From a virus: a stretch of 64,000 nt of DNA. The stretch is taken from the IMG/VR virus record IMGVR_UViG_3300034418_012737, positions 1 through 64,000 of that record; one strand, given 5' to 3'. Below, piece by piece: positions 56,760 through 64,000 of the stretch. The stretch's first letter is position 1. Each line of letters begins with the position of its first letter. Both the position numbers and the translations under genes were made by a program. The notes under the pieces were generated by a model. The model was not told the DNA's origin. It did no database searches and was given only the letters and a program-made list of their open reading frames with translations.

Positions 56760-56812
56760 AATATACGAACCGAATTTTCAAATCCCACATTTTGGGATGA
56801 CTTTAAGATGAC
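56760..56812 (-). promoter_or_regulatory. Box promoter K (upstream of the tRNA/ncRNA cluster)
   Basis: aatatacgaa at 56760; atgac at 56797 and 56808. Confidence 0.85.
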
Positions 56813-57117
56813 CTTCTTCTTCCTTTTTTAGGCTCAATACCCAACTGCCTTTCCAATTCACGCAACTCACGGTTCCGCTTGACTTTTTCCTTACCAACAG
56901 CAACCTGCTGTTTGCTAGGGACTCGGTCCTCCATCTCACCACGGAACTCCCTCATGAACTCCTCGCAGTCACGGCGGTCCATTTTTCCGCCATAACGTAC
57001 TGCCTCTTTATAATGCCTAGCAACAGCTTCAGCATTTCCAGTAATCATAGCATAGGCTAGTTCAGCCATTCTACCATGGTAGTTCCGCTTACGGCGGCGA
57101 TTGTTGTGATCACGCAT
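56803..57117 (-). CDS. Basic hypothetical protein
   Basis: Arg-rich; ends inside box K. Confidence 0.55.
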   Translation of the reverse strand: MRDHNNRRRKRNYHGRMAELAYAMITGNAEAVARHYKEAVRYGGKMDRRDCEEFMREFRGEMEDRVPSKQQVAVGKEKVKRNRELRELERQLGIEPKKGRRRSS

Positions 57118-57538
57118 TTTTCAGTTCTTTAATATGTTTACACTCTCTAGTTTTCGATCTCCATACTCCTGGGCAGTTACAACTAAATGTAATTTTTCCA
57201 GTGGGTAAAGTCACCTTACGTGCCTCATAGGTAATATCAGGATTACTCTTAGAAGTAAACTCCATAACTACCATATTTGGCTCTTTTAGCTTAACCTCAG
57301 GACGTTCCCATTTAATGTCACTCAATTTGGTTTCAGGATGTACCTCTGTCCAAGTGGGCATAATGTATTTTTTACCATCCATCACTATAAGTGAGGGGGG
57401 CATCCAATCATGTTCATGCTCATATGTTAAGCGTTGTACATTCACAAACTTGTGTCCTTTAGGTTTATACTTAAATTGTGAAGAATCTTGTACTACCTCT
57501 CGGTATTTACCATCTTCCCAAATTTGAAAAATCGCCAT
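57110..57538 (-). CDS. SWIM zinc-finger protein
   Basis: C-terminal CNC...CKH. Confidence 0.75.
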   Translation of the reverse strand: MAIFQIWEDGKYREVVQDSSQFKYKPKGHKFVNVQRLTYEHEHDWMPPSLIVMDGKKYIMPTWTEVHPETKLSDIKWERPEVKLKEPNMVVMEFTSKSNPDITYEARKVTLPTGKITFSCNCPGVWRSKTRECKHIKELKNA

Positions 57539-57760
57539 TGCTTAAACTTATTCCATAAATATAAGAATAAATTTTTAGGCTTCCCCGGTTTTGCTATGAC
57601 GATTTTATGACTGACTTCTTTATCTTCCTTTTCTAATTGGTCTTCTAAAGTAACCATCATACACATCCCATTAAGCATCATGGGGTAATAAGCCGCTACA
57701 AAGGCTAGATCTTCATCAGACATAGCCTCCATAGCCTGCTTAGCTGTCACTATTTGGGGG

Positions 57761-57940
57761 TCAACGCTTACCACGCTTACCACTGTAGTAATCTTCCAAG
57801 TCCTCTTCATCAGGAGGAAGGTAACCTGGTTTTTTGGGTTTTTTCTTCTTGCGCTCCTTATAAGCGGGAGACTCATGTTCCATAAAACGATCCCATTTTT
57901 GGAACGCATCTAACCTTTGGTGTGGGCTATTTTTGCTCAT
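57761..57940 (-). CDS. Small protein (59 aa, not in ORF track)
   Basis: MSKNSPHQRLDAFQKWDRF...YYSGKRGKR*; ATGA-coupled to the upstream gene. Confidence 0.5.
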   Translation of the reverse strand: MSKNSPHQRLDAFQKWDRFMEHESPAYKERKKKKPKKPGYLPPDEEDLEDYYSGKRGKR

Positions 57941-58077
57941 CGTCCTTGACCTTTATAGGCTTTTTTATAGTTTTTAGAATTTTTACTTTTGCTGGTTTTT
58001 GTTTTAGCGTGAACACCAGGGCGGCTCACTTTGTTAATGCTAGGGGCAAAGTCTAATGCTCCAGTTTTTTTAGCCAT
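57937..58077 (-). CDS. Small basic protein (46 aa, not in ORF track)
   Basis: MAKKTGA...RPGVHAKTKTSKSKNSKNYKKAYKGQGR*. Confidence 0.65.
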   Translation of the reverse strand: MAKKTGALDFAPSINKVSRPGVHAKTKTSKSKNSKNYKKAYKGQGR

Positions 58078-58396
58078 TTTTTAATTTTAAATAGTTTATC
58101 GCTTCAGTTATTTTAATACAATCTTCGTATTCTTCTTCACGCTCATAATGAGCTAAGTTTGTTTCTAAGATATCAATAAATTCATCGGTTTCCATTGATA
58201 ATGTATAAATAGCTCCTTCTTCCTCTACTTCTACTTCAAAAACAGGAATTTGTTTTTTCTTAGTGTCTAAGTTATTTAATACTTTTTCTACAATTCCTTT
58301 AGCAAGCATAAAATCTTTAGTTTTAGCCATATTAAGGAATTCTTCATACGTTCCTACCTTTATGTGTTTCACGTACGGCATATCAAAATAGATCAA
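58070..58396 (-). CDS. Hypothetical protein with a C-terminal UVR-like motif
   Basis: YEREEEYEDCIKI. Confidence 0.6.
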   Translation of the reverse strand: MIYFDMPYVKHIKVGTYEEFLNMAKTKDFMLAKGIVEKVLNNLDTKKKQIPVFEVEVEEEGAIYTLSMETDEFIDILETNLAHYEREEEYEDCIKITEAINYLKLKNG

Positions 58397-58524
58397 GGTA
58401 ATCTCCTTTTATTTGTTTTGACTTGAATTTAAGCATCTTTTCGTCATTCTCCAAACTTTTTGTCGCAAGCTTTTCAAGATGTTTACGTTTTTGTCCATCG
58501 TAATCGTCTACTAATTTTTGATGC

Positions 58525-59232
58525 TTACGCTTTTTCATACTTAAAGTATTTTATAGTAAAATTACTAAGTGGTATTTCTGAATAGGGCATATCTTGTGTG
58601 ACATGGTTGTTTATTACAACATTCATTTTAGTATTATTTACCTGTTTCATTACAACTGGGTCACTTACTACACGGACTAATCTGTCATTGTAATAAAACT
58701 TTAATGAGTCTAAGCTCCAATTTAATTTGTACTTTAAGAAGTGTTTTGTGGGATCTTTAAAGCCCATAAAATGACTTTTAGGTCCCCACATTTTATTTTT
58801 ACCCCCTTCAGAGTAGTGCACATTTGTATCTATATGCCTACAAGCCCAAGGTTTGTTCCAATTAAACCTATGATAATTTGGTTTTTTATGAGAATAACCT
58901 TCAAATATATCAATTTCAGGGGGCCAACTGTCCCAACTCCACATCCAAAAAGCAGGCCATAAGTTCTTACCATATGGTAATTTAGCTTTTATTTCAAATA
59001 TGCCAGGACCAAATTCAGTAGCACATGATACCAAACCTACACCTACTTTAGGTCTAATTCCTAATTCTTTAAATTCCTTAGGATTATATTGGGTTTTTAA
59101 ATTTAAGTAGTTTTTTAATGTAATTTCAACAGCACTAGGATCATACCAACAATAAGGCTTATCCTTGTGTACCTGTCCCCACCTTTCTTGGGTTAACCAT
59201 TTATATCCTGACCATTCTATTATTTTACTCAT
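58525..59232 (-). CDS. Glycoside hydrolase family 16
   Basis: WPAFWM and the catalytic EIDIFE motif. Confidence 0.88.
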   Translation of the reverse strand: MSKIIEWSGYKWLTQERWGQVHKDKPYCWYDPSAVEITLKNYLNLKTQYNPKEFKELGIRPKVGVGLVSCATEFGPGIFEIKAKLPYGKNLWPAFWMWSWDSWPPEIDIFEGYSHKKPNYHRFNWNKPWACRHIDTNVHYSEGGKNKMWGPKSHFMGFKDPTKHFLKYKLNWSLDSLKFYYNDRLVRVVSDPVVMKQVNNTKMNVVINNHVTQDMPYSEIPLSNFTIKYFKYEKA

Positions 59233-59855
59233 ATCCTTGATATCAAGTCTAGTTCATCTTTATCTTCTAAACCTAGTTCTTTTAAGCGTTGGAGGTGGTA
59301 ATCATCAATTTCCCAATTTACTTGACCTTCATTAACTGGTTTGTATTCCTCCATTGTTTGGATCTGTTTGTCACTAAATATGTCCCCAACTGTTAAAAAG
59401 TAACAATTATAACAAAGGAGTTCTACGTTATCTAATTTATAGTTTTTTTTATTATCGTCTTTAAAGTTCATTATTAATGGAACTTTGTAATCTAATACCC
59501 TGCGTTCATTAAATGAGCAATTTGAACAACAATCCTCTAAATAACCCTCTCCTATCATTCTCTCACGAATTTTAGCAGCAGAAAAATGAGAACTATCAAC
59601 TCTACCTTCTATAATGTCTAATACAGCAGGTTGTTTTACACTACCATTTAAAAACTTAGGTATACCTTTACCTGCTTGATTTTTATGTTGTTCAAATAGG
59701 TCTGGGTAGCCTTCTTCAGTGGCCTCATAGTTTTTAGCCCATTTTTTGTAGTGAATGTAGGAAACACCTAAGTAACGAGCAGCTGCACGATTAGACATAG
59801 TCTTATTCATAGCTGCTTGTATCTGTTGTTTACTTAGGGGTTTTGCCTTGGGCAT
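59229..59855 (-). CDS. HTH plus degenerate HNH/zinc-binding protein
   Basis: SNRAAARYLGVSY HTH; CSNC...DDNKKN..LDN..LLCYNC. Confidence 0.7.
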   Translation of the reverse strand: MPKAKPLSKQQIQAAMNKTMSNRAAARYLGVSYIHYKKWAKNYEATEEGYPDLFEQHKNQAGKGIPKFLNGSVKQPAVLDIIEGRVDSSHFSAAKIRERMIGEGYLEDCCSNCSFNERRVLDYKVPLIMNFKDDNKKNYKLDNVELLCYNCYFLTVGDIFSDKQIQTMEEYKPVNEGQVNWEIDDYHLQRLKELGLEDKDELDLISRI

Positions 59856-60258
59856 TTTTATCTATTTTTATTTTTAGGTCTACTAAGTATTCCCACAATT
59901 CTTCTTTAGTATTAAACATATGTTCAACACCCTCATCATCTAAAAATGGTACTACTCGTTTATTATCGTCAAATCTTGTGTATACATAAAACAATATTGC
60001 TTCAGCAGCAACAGGTTCAAAGCAAAAATGAACTAGGCTTTCTATAACTTGAAAGTAAATATCATCAATTGTTGATATATCTATTTTAAATTCGTCGTAT
60101 AATTTGTGTTGACGTTGCCAAGCTTCTTCAAATAAATCTATTATACGACTAAACTCGTTTTTTATTTTAGTTTCTGCATCCTCTTTATCACTAGTAAAGT
60201 GAATAGTAGTCCCTAAAATAGATTCAAGTATTTCCTTTATTTCTCTTTTCTGCCCCAT
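59830..60258 (-). CDS. Hypothetical protein
   Basis: ORF track. Confidence 0.55.
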   Translation of the reverse strand: MGQKREIKEILESILGTTIHFTSDKEDAETKIKNEFSRIIDLFEEAWQRQHKLYDEFKIDISTIDDIYFQVIESLVHFCFEPVAAEAILFYVYTRFDDNKRVVPFLDDEGVEHMFNTKEELWEYLVDLKIKIDKNAQGKTPK

Positions 60259-60571
60259 TAACCTTTTGTTTTAACCTAACCAATTCAGCACACTTATCAT
60301 AATCTTCTTGTTTTTCGTAAAACTTAATAACTCCTTCAATAGCAGCTTTAAAATTACGTCTATAAATAGTTACCGAACATTCTAAGTTAGGTATATAAAT
60401 TATCTTAGCTGTGGTAGAACTAGATTCTAGTGCTTCCTCTATCCCACTTACAACTTCATCAAATAATAGCTTGTGGAAATCCTCAGATTCAGTTAGTATA
60501 TCTAAATCTTCTTTATCATCATAAAGTATTTCCACAGCAAGGATTTCACGTTTTTTTATTTCCTTATCCAT
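60224..60571 (-). CDS. Hypothetical protein with a C-terminal UVR-like motif
   Basis: YEKQEDYDKCAELVRLK; ATATTTAT-N4-ATG. Confidence 0.6.
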   Translation of the reverse strand: MDKEIKKREILAVEILYDDKEDLDILTESEDFHKLLFDEVVSGIEEALESSSTTAKIIYIPNLECSVTIYRRNFKAAIEGVIKFYEKQEDYDKCAELVRLKQKVNGAEKRNKGNT

Positions 60572-60582
60572 GATTATAAATA

Positions 60583-61494
60583 TTACAAATAAACTAACTC
60601 ATTTTGATACTCTTGTAAGGAATTAACTGTAATTTTTAAGTTACCCAATTCAAAAGTACCTAATTGATTGTTATCTTTAATTATATCATTTAATTGTTGA
60701 ATATAAGTGTAATCTTCTTGGGTAAAATTATTTCCATCTACCTCAACAACAATATCTTCTCCCTCATTAAACCATATACCTAATGTATTTTTAAGTTGGG
60801 TGGTGAAATTATTTAAGATTAGTTTTTTCTTATACACTACATTATAGTGTGATTTTCTAAAACCCCACTTTTTAATAAAGTTAATATTAGATTCTTGTTC
60901 TACACTTTGATAGTTACCTACTCTAGAAGTTTTACTTACAAAATGGTATACTTGAGCAGGGGAAACTACTTTTTTAAACCCTCCTATTTTATACCTTAGA
61001 TGTAAATCATCATCTTCACAAAACATTTTAAATGTATCACCATCTAATTTTATATAATCTTCTTTTAAACACCCAAAAAATATTTGAGAGCCCCCTTCAG
61101 TTGTATTTTCAGATACAGGATAATCTAAAAACTTTTGGTGATTATAGGATTTTAAATCGGTTCCACAGTCTAAAATTTCTTTCCCAGGATAAGTGTCTAA
61201 GTATATAGGGGGTTCTACCCTTGTGTAAGATACAATAGTATTTTTTTGAATAGCTTTATCCATTAGTTCTACAAACCCAGGTTTAAGAACCATATCATTA
61301 TGGAGAAGGATAATTTTATCTCCCTTAGCACGAGCTACAGCATTATTATAATTTTCACTTAATGTAACTTGATTATTTAGTTCTAAAATTATTTCTACTT
61401 CATTTTTATTAGGGTAAATTTCCCTAATATTATTTAGCAAGTACTTAGTATATTCAGAGTTTGTTTTATTAGTAGGTATAACAAGGGAAATCAT
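60583..61494 (-). CDS. Glycosyltransferase family 2
   Basis: ISLVIP, YNNAV..AKGD.IILLHNDM, EDDD...R, VYHF.S. Confidence 0.85.
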   Translation of the reverse strand: MISLVIPTNKTNSEYTKYLLNNIREIYPNKNEVEIILELNNQVTLSENYNNAVARAKGDKIILLHNDMVLKPGFVELMDKAIQKNTIVSYTRVEPPIYLDTYPGKEILDCGTDLKSYNHQKFLDYPVSENTTEGGSQIFFGCLKEDYIKLDGDTFKMFCEDDDLHLRYKIGGFKKVVSPAQVYHFVSKTSRVGNYQSVEQESNINFIKKWGFRKSHYNVVYKKKLILNNFTTQLKNTLGIWFNEGEDIVVEVDGNNFTQEDYTYIQQLNDIIKDNNQLGTFELGNLKITVNSLQEYQNELVYL

Positions 61495-62288
61495 ATGTAA
61501 TTTTCTTTAAATTTACTCCAAAAATCAGGCACAACATTTGTATAAGCTAATGTTGTGGACCCTAAGTGGAAAATAATTCCTTTATTAAGGAAATCAAAGG
61601 ATTTATAATTATTTATAAAATCTTGATCAGTATTATATAAATAAGGAACTTGACAATTAAAATCTTTTGGTAAAACCGTTAATTCTTCACCAAATAACTC
61701 TTGTATGGTTAAATTAATAGCAGTTTGGTCCATAGCATCTAATCTTATCCCTCCCTGTTTTCCTATACCTTCTACGTGACAATTTATATCTTTTTCTTGG
61801 TAATAAAACTCTTTATAAAATTTTATTTTGTCTTGGAGGAGAGTTAAATGTTTTGGTTTTAAAGTAACAAATCCTGCATTAAAATAAGTTTTTATATAAG
61901 GTACTACTTCTGGGAAGTAGGGAACCCACTGGTTTAGGTGGTAATTAGCTACGCTATTTCCTCCTTGGTCTGGGATAACTCCAACTTCAACATTGTGGTT
62001 TTCTAATACCTCTATAAAATTATAAGCATCCCATCTGATTATAGTATCACCATCAACAAAAGTAAGACGTTCATAATCTCCATAAGAAGGAACTTCAACC
62101 CACCTGTCAAAACACATAGCGGCATAATCATTTTCAACATTTTTATAAGATTTATGTCCTGTTAAAATGATTAAATCTATATTATATTTTTTACAATAAA
62201 ATTTCCAAGTTTCTAAACAAATCTCATAGTTAGGGTGACCAAATAATCCATTGTATCCTGGGATTATTATGGCATTTTTGCTTTTCAT
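61491..62288 (-). CDS. Glycosyltransferase, GT8/GT34-like
   Basis: FVDGD, YFNAGF, DQTAIN, FN...FH. Confidence 0.8.
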   Translation of the reverse strand: MKSKNAIIIPGYNGLFGHPNYEICLETWKFYCKKYNIDLIILTGHKSYKNVENDYAAMCFDRWVEVPSYGDYERLTFVDGDTIIRWDAYNFIEVLENHNVEVGVIPDQGGNSVANYHLNQWVPYFPEVVPYIKTYFNAGFVTLKPKHLTLLQDKIKFYKEFYYQEKDINCHVEGIGKQGGIRLDAMDQTAINLTIQELFGEELTVLPKDFNCQVPYLYNTDQDFINNYKSFDFLNKGIIFHLGSTTLAYTNVVPDFWSKFKENYI

Positions 62289-63211
62289 GTTATAATATTT
62301 TTAGATTTTAGGGTGTTAAGATGAGTTTCAATATAGCTACGCATATTAGATTCAAAATGATGTCTTTGATTAGGAATATTATTTAACACTAAAAAATCTT
62401 TATAGTACTTATTAAAACCATCTACCTCAGATGTAGCTAGGGGGCCAGAAGGATACATCCATATTGTTTCTCCTCTAAGAAGATATTGTTGAAAATCTAC
62501 TCCTAAAGGTTTAACATTTTCTGTTATAATCATAGAATACCAATCCCAAGGTCCATACCCTTTCCAATTTTCTTGAAAAGGACATAATTCTTCATAAAAT
62601 TTTTTGCTATATAAATCAAACCACCCCGCCCATTTACTTTTTTTAGTAGGGTATAATTTTATTTCTTCAGAAGAATGTTTATTACTATACCAAACATCGA
62701 AAGTATCAACTTTTAGGTAATCATTATAAGATATATCTACAAACTTAGGATCTGTTATTTCATCCCAAGCACTATCTCCTACTTTTGATATTTGGGGAGT
62801 AAGGACAAAATATTCATTTTTAATTTCCTTAGCAGATTCTATTAAATAGTATAAAAGATGTTCACTAAACAGCATATCAGGGCATACTGACATGTAATAA
62901 TCTACTTCAGAGGAAATGCATTCCCTTTGTAAATTTAAATGCCCATACAACTCATCTCCTTCATATATTTTTTTGATATGGTTGTATTTTTCTAATAAAA
63001 GAGATATTTGATTATATTTTTCAATAAAAAATTCTTTAGGTAGCTTACTTTTTTCCCAATTAATAATATAAGAGGATAAATTAAGACAAGTTTCTATTGT
63101 TATATTATCTTCATCTGAAAGATAATAGTGGGATTTTTTAAGTTGGGAAAAAGCTAATAAGGCATAATCCATTTCCCATGGCATTAAATGACATATAATT
63201 TTTATATTCAT
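62285..63211 (-). CDS. Putative glycosyltransferase (GT-A-like)
   Basis: CPDM, GYGPWD motif; inside the GT cluster. Confidence 0.55.
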   Translation of the reverse strand: MNIKIICHLMPWEMDYALLAFSQLKKSHYYLSDEDNITIETCLNLSSYIINWEKSKLPKEFFIEKYNQISLLLEKYNHIKKIYEGDELYGHLNLQRECISSEVDYYMSVCPDMLFSEHLLYYLIESAKEIKNEYFVLTPQISKVGDSAWDEITDPKFVDISYNDYLKVDTFDVWYSNKHSSEEIKLYPTKKSKWAGWFDLYSKKFYEELCPFQENWKGYGPWDWYSMIITENVKPLGVDFQQYLLRGETIWMYPSGPLATSEVDGFNKYYKDFLVLNNIPNQRHHFESNMRSYIETHLNTLKSKNIIT

Positions 63212-63978
63212 TTTAATTTACTATAAACTTCTTTAATGCCTTGTTCTAATCCTATGTAATCTATTCCTAAATTAGTAAATGTACCTGAATATGAAGGAAA
63301 ATCTCCTATCCATTCTTGTCTTATTCTCCGTCTAGAGCCTCCTTGGTCACTAATTAAAGAGGCTATTTGGGTTAAAAATAAAGACTTATTATAAGTGCAA
63401 TCAATAATTTTAGGGGGATTATCATTTTTTATGTAAAAGTTAACTAATTTAATTAAATCTTTCATATAAAAAAAATCCATTTTCTTTTCGGCAAACACAT
63501 ATAAATCTTCTCCATTTAAATAACGTTTTATATTAGATTTAATAAACCTAGTATCTAACTCATTTTCATCAAAAACGGCAAATATTCTAATATTATAGAA
63601 ATTATCCTCAATATTACAAATATCTTTTATAATTTTTTTACTTAAACCATAAGGAGTAGTAGGTTGTCCTAACTCAGCACCAGATCCAAATTGGATTAAT
63701 TTACTAAAATGGAATTTATTATAATATAAATTATAAAACATTTGAAGATTTTGATAAAAAACCTCCCCAGTATCAGGTTTAAGACGGCTCCCTCCTTTAA
63801 TAGCCGTATGGATAACTACATCAAAATATTTATCAGTAAACCACTTATCAGTAGCTTCTTTATCTGTAAGGTCAAAATCCTCTCTTGTAACACAAGTTAT
63901 ATCATAAGGAAATAAGCTCAGGCCTTTTTCAAGGCTCTGAGCTATGTATCCATTTCCTCCTGTAATGAGAATTTTCAT
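63208..63978 (-). CDS. NAD-dependent epimerase/dehydratase (SDR)
   Basis: ILITGGNGYIA, HTA, GSGAE, YGLSK. Confidence 0.9.
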   Translation of the reverse strand: MKILITGGNGYIAQSLEKGLSLFPYDITCVTREDFDLTDKEATDKWFTDKYFDVVIHTAIKGGSRLKPDTGEVFYQNLQMFYNLYYNKFHFSKLIQFGSGAELGQPTTPYGLSKKIIKDICNIEDNFYNIRIFAVFDENELDTRFIKSNIKRYLNGEDLYVFAEKKMDFFYMKDLIKLVNFYIKNDNPPKIIDCTYNKSLFLTQIASLISDQGGSRRRIRQEWIGDFPSYSGTFTNLGIDYIGLEQGIKEVYSKLK

Positions 63979-64000
63979 TATCTTTTAATAGGACTGTCTG

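Noticed and set aside
39600-56812. Recurrent aatatacgaa...atgac repeats as a CRISPR array or attC-type integron sites
   Set aside because: Copies are dispersed hundreds to thousands of bp apart with genes between them, are only motif-level similar and have promoter architecture. No cas or integrase gene is in the window.
57493-57909. 138-aa ORF as given in the track
   Set aside because: Its 5' half overlaps a better-coupled 59-aa ORF (57761..57940). Only the part from about 57750 downward is likely real.
2624-58962. Plus-strand ORFs in the track (e.g. 3489..3833, 18299..18910, 24431..24895, 31595..31990, 32150..32650, 49758..50174)
   Set aside because: They are antisense shadows of well-supported minus-strand genes, often produced by repeats (poly-Pro/Val from Gly/Thr codons), and have no recognisable motifs.
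1-64000. Alternative genetic code (stop-codon reassignment) as in some large Bacteroidota phages
   Set aside because: Standard-code ORFs tile the window densely with intact long genes, and no canonical suppressor tRNA was found.

Overview
A 64 kb segment of a large, AT-rich tailed dsDNA phage with a contractile-tail (myovirus-type) baseplate. The host is most likely Bacteroidota/Flavobacteriia, inferred from Bacteroidetes-style TTTG/TAnnTT promoters, no obvious Shine-Dalgarno sequences, Bacteroidetes-type lipoproteins and a PID-CTERM-like tail. Essentially every credible gene is on the minus strand. Order along the window: P-loop kinase (truncated), PD-(D/E)XK exonuclease, primase, GIY-YIG nuclease; a long baseplate/tail structural block (2.3-20.3 kb); gp55-like sigma factor, HD hydrolase, YkuK, tRNA-Ser, DUF932; sulfotransferase and GT9-like genes beside two Gly/Cys-rich repeat fibres (25.4-32.6 kb); six probable internal head proteins sharing an N-terminal MKELxxFRKFLxE leader (34.2-38.4 kb); a GC-rich non-coding island and a RadA-like ATPase (38.5-40.1 kb); many small early-type gene cassettes (40-57 kb); a tRNA cluster; and a glycosyltransferase/GH16/epimerase block. 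Main signals that gene annotation alone does not explain: (1) 11 promoters carrying a Pho-box-like GTCAT-N6-GTCAT direct repeat at a fixed 37-bp offset from a CGTAT(A/C)TT element, and these elements also mark cassette borders; (2) a ~350-nt highly paired ncRNA candidate between tRNA-Ile and tRNA-Lys; (3) an ATATTTAT motif typically 4 nt before late-gene ATGs, suggesting leaderless mRNAs; (4) eight tRNAs that all have U34 anticodons, including Ile(UAU), plus a 73-nt degenerate tRNA-like element. All calls are by-eye motif recognition; no searches were run.
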